Source: an uncultured virus (IMG/VR IMGVR_UViG_3300042545_002012) (taxonomy: Duplodnaviria > Heunggongvirae > Uroviricota > Caudoviricetes). Taken from it: a stretch of 64,000 nt of DNA. Positions 58,518-64,000 of the stretch are shown piece after piece. The stretch lies in the IMG/VR virus record IMGVR_UViG_3300042545_002012, one strand, 5' to 3'. Positions within the stretch are counted from its first letter, which is position 1, and each line of letters begins with the position of its first letter. Made by a program: the position numbers and the translations under genes. Below the pieces are notes generated by a model. It ran no database searches, had not been told where the DNA came from, and saw only the letters and a list, made by a program, of their open reading frames with translations.

Positions 58518-59310
58518 CTAAATCAACTCCATCGCTACCCATTGGAGTAGCGCTTTGAATGTGTCTACATTTTGCAAGTCTAGCCAGTCGTCTGCTTTTT
58601 GTGTAAAGCCGTCGGTTACTTTTGAGGGGGTATCCCATCTTTCAGTCATCAAAGCCCATCCCAAGTTAATAACTATATCTGCAAGATATTTTTGAGGCAT
58701 AGCCACAATCTCAGCCTCAAGCCAATCAGGGATCGGCGCTGTTGATGCGTAGTGGTTTACGGGTTTAGTCATCACAATAAACCTCAGTCATTCCTACAAT
58801 TGGTTGCGATTCAATTACAAATAGGCATTTTCGGCTTACCTTATTGCCATAATGAAATACTGGAATACTCGCTATTGCGATATTGCGAGAAATCCAGTAT
58901 TTTTCGCAATATTGGATTTGTGTCATGGGTTAAGCAACCTCTCTACGAGCGATCATCTTTTGCACCTTAACCAAAAACTTGTATTGCTCCCTTTGAGCGT
59001 CTTGCAAAGCGGCGGCGCGTGGATTCGATACTGTGCAATAGATGTTAGCCATGAGAGAACCCATAACGGTTTGAATCTCATTAGTAAATTTTGCGGCACA
59101 TTCGATTTTATCGAGATTGAATTGATTGGCAAAATTTTGATTGTATTCCCAAATCATGCACTCATGCATAGAGCGTGAAGCTCTTACAAAGTCGCCTTTA
59201 GCGATCGCCGATTGGCATTGGGTTTTCTCATATTCGTGGTTTTCTCTCAAGTCTTGCAACTCTAATGCGATTGCGTTTTTGATTGGTGCGAGTTGTGCTG
59301 CTGTAGTCAT
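58518..59310 (-). other. Minus-strand cassette of small hypothetical genes (58518-58772, 58930-59310)
   Basis: TTGACT at 59367-59372 (minus); terminator 58431-58473. Confidence 0.55.
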
Positions 59311-59483
59311 TGCTTTTTCCTGTGTTATTGCTTTCTGTATATACATTACTACCCTTTTGAGGGATAGTCAATACACAAATGATTAATATTGTCACTGCTT
59401 TTCGCATAATTGTATAAGTAAAAAGTATCCTTTTAGGGGGTAGTAGATAGTATAGTGATTAAGAGTAATGAGGTAACAAGTAA

Positions 59484-59915
59484 ATGAGTGGATATTTCCA
59501 AATTGGTATCTACCAAGGCAAGACAGAACCAAATATAGGAACTTTGTGGCGAAGCGCTTACCAGTTGGGCGCTAGTGGTGTTTTTACTATCGGGAAAAGA
59601 TACAAGCATCAAGCCAGTGATACGTACAAGACCGAAAGGCAGATCCCATTAGTGAACTACCGTGACTTCGACCACTTTCTTGACAATCGTCCAGTCGGCT
59701 CTCAGTTGATTGGTGTTGAGATGGGTGGTGCTGCATTGCGTGAATTTAAGCACCCAAAGACTGCGATCTATTTACTAGGTAGTGAGGATAACGGATTACC
59801 TAACGAAGTTAGCGCCCAATGTCAGCACATTGTATCTATCGAATCTGTTAACACCGCCTCCTATAATGTGGCTGTTGCTGGTAGCTTAGTAATGTATTCA
59901 AGGATGTTTATGTAA
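59484..59915 (+). CDS. SpoU/TrmH-family (SPOUT) RNA 2'-O-methyltransferase, single domain
   Basis: NIGTL.RSA...G, LLGSE..GL and S.NVAVAGS..MY. Confidence 0.85.
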   Translation: MSGYFQIGIYQGKTEPNIGTLWRSAYQLGASGVFTIGKRYKHQASDTYKTERQIPLVNYRDFDHFLDNRPVGSQLIGVEMGGAALREFKHPKTAIYLLGSEDNGLPNEVSAQCQHIVSIESVNTASYNVAVAGSLVMYSRMFM

Positions 59916-60138
59916 TGAAAATAGTTAGAGAGAACGTGGTAACTACATCTTTGTTGGAGCATGAAGGAGAGATTTATGTTCGCACCGAAGATCCTTGTAA
60001 TATCTATTGGAATAAAGAGATGGAAACTCATTTATACGAGTACTTTAAACCTAAGAGTAGATGGCAAATTCGTATTAAGTGCGAGTGGCGTAATTGTGAG
60101 TTGCCAGAATTAGAGCGCAAATACCAAGAACTAAAATC

Positions 60139-60381
60139 ATGCAACTAAATCTCAAGCGCTTACGCAAGGCGCGATCGCTCACTCAAGAGCAACTGGCAAT
60201 TCTTTGCGATACTTGGTTAAAGAGTAAGAGCAATGCGACAACTATGCATAAATGTAGTTTACGCAAAATCCAAAAGTTAGAGCAGGGTTATTACAGGTTC
60301 TTGGAATTTGACCTAATTGACGCGCTTTGCAGTGTACTCAACTGCAAAGCTGGCGAGTTGATTAAGGTAGAGAGGCTTTAG
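60139..60381 (+). CDS. XRE-family HTH regulator
   Basis: LKRLRKARSLTQEQLA...I.KLEQG...L...LNC...EL. Confidence 0.85.
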   Translation: MQLNLKRLRKARSLTQEQLAILCDTWLKSKSNATTMHKCSLRKIQKLEQGYYRFLEFDLIDALCSVLNCKAGELIKVERL

Positions 60382-60384
60382 AGC

Positions 60385-60750
60385 ATGACTAACACGATCT
60401 CAATCCGAAAGAAAGTCGCTGAGCTTTGCGGGTTTACTGGTGATTATCAAGAATTTGTTTTAGATGGACTCTGTGGAATTAACGACAGATCAACCGTTAG
60501 AAACCCTCTTGATGGCAGTAAGCAATATATTCCAGTGCCAAAATATGATCTATCCCTAGACGCAATCACTAGAGCTTTTGATGATCATAGGTTGACTTAT
60601 GTTTTGCAAAAAGGCGTAGCAGATAATGGTGATATTGGCTATTTTGCTTCTAATCCTAAAGGCGAAAAGTACTCTGATACAGCAGCTAAAGCCATGTGTT
60701 ATCTATTTATTCACTGTATGGAGAATAATGATGGCTACAAGTCAGACTGA
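60385..60750 (+). CDS. Phage ABA-sandwich-like protein
   Basis: I...VAE..G...VP.Y...LDA....TA..AMC. Confidence 0.5.
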   Translation: MTNTISIRKKVAELCGFTGDYQEFVLDGLCGINDRSTVRNPLDGSKQYIPVPKYDLSLDAITRAFDDHRLTYVLQKGVADNGDIGYFASNPKGEKYSDTAAKAMCYLFIHCMENNDGYKSD

Positions 60751-61335
60751 AGTTAGTATAAACAATAGGTTGTACCTAGAAAAAGCCAATGAAAAAGTCA
60801 GAAAAATTGTCATTATTCCTGAATGGCAAAAGCTTTTGAGAGGTTTTGAATGTGAGCTTAGCGCTACCAAATATTCTTTTGAAGAATTAAGAGCCATAGA
60901 AATGGCGATCGCCGCTAACCCATTGTTAAACAATGAAGATCGATTGGTACTTGTTCAAGAATTTATAAGTAAAAATAACCATGAGTGACACAGAAAAACA
61001 GCCAGAAAAACAGCGCATCCCGATCGCCATTTCATCACAGCAGATGGAAGATCGGTATAGGGTAGAAGCTTCTCGCGCAAAAGCTCAGAAGATGGGTGCT
61101 AGTTCTAGGATTTTGAGGTTATTTGAGTAAATTTACAGGGTAAAACAATGTATAGATTTTTAACTAACTTTCGATGGATTCGCAAATTAGCAGGAAAGAA
61201 CTGGAAGCTTTTAGAATCTTTTTTGGCTAATCAAAAGCCTACTTGGTATAACTGGGATTTAGTGCAAACAAATCCTTTGATGATGAGAATGATTGACACT
61301 GGATTGATTACTATTTTGGAAAGCGAGAGTTACGA

Positions 61336-61878
61336 ATGACGCTAGTTGACCACGAAATCGAAAAGCTTTGCGAAGAAAAAGGCGTTATCGTGCCATTTGA
61401 CAAAGCAATGCTTAACCCACAATCACTTGATGTGCGGATAGGCTACACGCTGAAAACTGAGAATAACTGGCTTAAGCGATGTCTAACAGGTCAAGAGTTT
61501 ACTACTCATGATTTGACCAAATACTCAGAATCAAACCCGTTTTTGGTATCGCCACTAAGTTTTATTCTGACTTGTACTTACGAGACTTTCAATATACCGA
61601 GTAATTACTCAGCAGAGTTTAGGCTTAAGTCAAGTAGAGGGCGATCAGGATGGGGGCACGTTTTGGCAGTATGGATTGATGGTGGGTTTAATAATTCAAA
61701 GCTGACCTTAGAGTTGCTAAATCACCGTATTTGGGCTTGGCAACCTATTTATCCACTTATGCGAATTGGTCAAATTGTTTTTGCTGAGACGGCTTATCCT
61801 AGGCATGATTACTCAGAAACAGGGCGGTATAACAACGATTTGGATACGCAACCAGCAAAACCAGAGAAGAGAATATAA
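61336..61878 (+). CDS. dcd: dCTP deaminase / trimeric dUTPase family protein
   Basis: LNP.SLDVR.G, T.E.F..P, KSS.GR.G, IDGGF...LTLEL.N, RIGQ.VF and Y...GRY. Confidence 0.88.
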   Translation: MTLVDHEIEKLCEEKGVIVPFDKAMLNPQSLDVRIGYTLKTENNWLKRCLTGQEFTTHDLTKYSESNPFLVSPLSFILTCTYETFNIPSNYSAEFRLKSSRGRSGWGHVLAVWIDGGFNNSKLTLELLNHRIWAWQPIYPLMRIGQIVFAETAYPRHDYSETGRYNNDLDTQPAKPEKRI

Positions 61879-62112
61879 AAAGATGATCGTCAAGATTGAA
61901 GACATCCAAGCATGGCTAGCGCAAAAAGCTCTTTGGGATAGCCAGAACATTGAAAGCATTGAGTTCACGCTAAACGGCGAACCATATAAACCGCAAATGT
62001 TTTGGACTGATGCCGACGGTAATCCAACTGACCCGATCGCCGCAGATAATTTTAAATTTATGGGCTGTTGCACCCATAGCATTTTTGAGATGATTGTTGG
62101 GGATTTGAAATA

Positions 62113-62355
62113 ATGAGTTGGACGTATCGAATCTCAAAGCAAACCCTTGAAAATGGCGATGAGTTGTTTGCTATCCGCGAGTTTTACCCAAATAGTAAGG
62201 GCGAATTAACCAGTTGGAGCCACGAAGAAGTAACACCTGTTGGCACAACACTGGAAGATCTAAAAGGCGAGTTAGCACTGATAATGCAGTGCTTGGACAA
62301 GGAAGTAATTGATATTGGTGGTGAAGACAATGAAAAAATGGTACGCGATGTTTGA
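62113..62355 (+). CDS. Conserved small phage protein
   Basis: MSW.YR......FAI.E.Y...G....W....P.G.TLE.L...L. Confidence 0.6.
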   Translation: MSWTYRISKQTLENGDELFAIREFYPNSKGELTSWSHEEVTPVGTTLEDLKGELALIMQCLDKEVIDIGGEDNEKMVRDV

Positions 62356-63073
62356 GGATCGAGGCTCAAACTGCATTGCTTATGGCGGATTTGACACTGA
62401 AGACGAAGCGAAAGCTATGTTTGGTGGAAGGGTTAGCTATGCAATGCTTATCCCAGACGATAGATTGGTTGTTTATCCAGATTATCGCACCGCAAAGTCC
62501 TGTATAGGAATAGGACTTTGCGGTGCACATGGCACGGGCAAAACCACACTAGCGAACGCCTTATCGCAAAAGCTAGGGATTCCATATATCCCTATTGATG
62601 CGAGTAGTGTGTTTTTGGAGTATGGTTTCCACCCGTCCGACAAATTGGATATCCGCACTAGGTTGTTTTTGCAACAAAAGATTTTGGCTAAAGCTGAAGA
62701 CATCTGGTTTGAAGTTGACGAACCTAGCTTTATCTGCGATCGCACACCGTTGGACATGGCTGCTTACTTGCTTACTGATGTTGGCAATGGTGAGTTAGAT
62801 AAGCATACACAGTCTGAGGTTATGGACTATTTGCAAAATTGCTCTAATGTTACGGCTCGGTATTTTGACAAAATTGTATTAATTCCTCCCGCAATCCCTT
62901 TTGTCGAGCGTGAGTACAAAGCAGCGATTAATCAACCGTTAATACTCAAGTTGCATACTCAGCTTTTGGGGATACTCAATTATTTGGATTTGCCTTATAA
63001 GGAGTTGCCAAAAGACTGCATGGAGTTGGGCGATCGCGTTGCTTTTGTTAAAGATTATCTCAATGAATCATGA
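62330..63073 (+). CDS. P-loop kinase (NadR/AAA_28-like, candidate nucleotide kinase)
   Basis: IGLCGAHGTGKTTLA and DRTPLD..AY. Confidence 0.8.
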   Translation: MKKWYAMFEDRGSNCIAYGGFDTEDEAKAMFGGRVSYAMLIPDDRLVVYPDYRTAKSCIGIGLCGAHGTGKTTLANALSQKLGIPYIPIDASSVFLEYGFHPSDKLDIRTRLFLQQKILAKAEDIWFEVDEPSFICDRTPLDMAAYLLTDVGNGELDKHTQSEVMDYLQNCSNVTARYFDKIVLIPPAIPFVEREYKAAINQPLILKLHTQLLGILNYLDLPYKELPKDCMELGDRVAFVKDYLNES

Positions 63074-63417
63074 TGCTCTTAGAAATTGAACGAGCCAAGC
63101 TCATCGGCTTTTTCGATGCCCATCGCGGCTCTTACTCCTTGCGCTACATTGAAATATGCACTCAAATCAATACGAGCGCATTGCGCTTACTTCTTAACCA
63201 AGGCGCGATCGCATACGGTAACAGGCGATTGCATATTGAGTGCGTTGAGGGTAATTATCGCGCTATCCCTAAGCTACGTAAGGCGACACCAAAGGAGATG
63301 CGGGCGCGTGAGTTAAGTAGACTGCGTAATAAAGCTTTTGATCATGCTAGGGCGCGTGGTGTGTCTGTCGGCAAAGCTAAGTTGGCGGCTTGGAATGCTG
63401 TTTGTGATCTAGAATAA
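63070..63417 (+). CDS. Hypothetical basic protein
   Basis: Coupled to the kinase gene. Confidence 0.55.
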   Translation: MMLLEIERAKLIGFFDAHRGSYSLRYIEICTQINTSALRLLLNQGAIAYGNRRLHIECVEGNYRAIPKLRKATPKEMRARELSRLRNKAFDHARARGVSVGKAKLAAWNAVCDLE

Positions 63418-63445
63418 AAACACCGTAGATGTACGAGAAATATTT

Positions 63446-63976
63446 ATGTATGGAATAGAAACTGAGGACAAGACTACAGCTTTAGCCAGTGCGCTTAGTT
63501 ATTGGGTTTTTCGCTGTAGAGACAAGAGTAAAAGTCCTGCCATGGGCTTAAAAACATGGGAATATTTTCAAAGCAGTATCCAAAATGCTGCTATTCCCTC
63601 TCGCAATATCGACGACTACATTGAGAATTTAGCCAAGAAGCTAATTGTTGCACACCTCAACCCAAAAGAATGGACTCGCATAATCGCGCCAAAACAAGTG
63701 GTTTTACGGGCTACTGTGAATGACGATGGCAGTATGGGAGACATTCAACAGAAAGACTGCGATCAAAATATTGATCTTTGGTGGTTGGGATGGAACGACA
63801 TTTTAGCCAAATTGAAATATACGCACGGGATAAGCGATCGCCATATTCTGAATATGTGCAAATCCAAACCTCACGTGATTACCACTTTTTGTCGCGTTCG
63901 CTTTGAAAGCGATCGCGCTTTGAATATTCCAGAAGAAACAGAAAATACTCTAGATGTAGAGGCTAATAATGCTTAA
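63446..63976 (+). CDS. Putative type IV-B CRISPR small subunit (Cas11-like)
   Basis: Helical 176 aa; W.YF...I.NAA..S..IDDY.E.L.KKL and C-terminal ...RVRFE..R pattern resemble type IV-B small subunits. Confidence 0.5.
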   Translation: MYGIETEDKTTALASALSYWVFRCRDKSKSPAMGLKTWEYFQSSIQNAAIPSRNIDDYIENLAKKLIVAHLNPKEWTRIIAPKQVVLRATVNDDGSMGDIQQKDCDQNIDLWWLGWNDILAKLKYTHGISDRHILNMCKSKPHVITTFCRVRFESDRALNIPEETENTLDVEANNA

Positions 63977-64000
63977 TTACAACCCACACGATCGCCATAA
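63969..64000 (+). CDS. Start of a coupled downstream gene, truncated by the window (Csf2/Cas7 predicted from position only)
   Basis: AGAGG RBS; ATG overlaps the end of the previous gene; MLNYNPHDRH... Confidence 0.35.
   Translation, partial: MLNYNPHDRH

Larger units (their letters stand above)
1..64000. mobile_element. Cyanophage or prophage genome segment (siphovirus-like); ends lie outside the window
   Basis: Capsid, portal, terminase, tail tube, tape measure, Bet and antirepressor-type genes; no host housekeeping genes; frequent HIP1 GCGATCGC. Confidence 0.93.

Noticed and set aside
1..64000. Integrase/att sites, reverse transcriptase, or photosynthesis auxiliary genes
   Set aside because: No tyrosine/serine recombinase, reverse transcriptase, psbA or hli motifs recognised in any ORF

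Overview
The whole window is part of one tailed dsDNA phage or prophage of a cyanobacterium. The cyanobacterial HIP1 octamer GCGATCGC is abundant throughout. No integrase, att site or host gene was seen, so prophage versus free phage cannot be decided here. Recognisable siphovirus-type morphogenesis genes are present: major capsid, portal, scaffold, terminase, head-tail proteins, tail tube, frameshifted tail chaperones, tape measure and tail tip. They are split into several blocks on both strands and interleaved with short promoter-gene cassettes. Also present are a Bet-like recombinase, a RusA-like resolvase, two DNA methyltransferases, a ParB-like plus glycosyltransferase pair beside the terminase, KilA-N and BRO proteins, a SpoU RNA methyltransferase, a dCTP deaminase, a P-loop kinase, a HAD phosphatase and an FtsK/SpoIIIE module with small membrane proteins. 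Highlights: (1) a type IV-B-like CRISPR effector gene set with no array, apparently split, with csf1 at 12.2-12.9 kb and a Cas11-like gene plus a coupled truncated ORF at the right edge; (2) a tandem pair of structured non-coding RNAs, one a tRNA whose anticodon arm carries an ~45-nt hairpin insert; (3) repeated promoter/RBS/hairpin modules delimiting apparently exchangeable gene cassettes; (4) a capsid leader with three GUGAU-loop hairpins. All protein calls come from motif recognition by eye; no database search was run.
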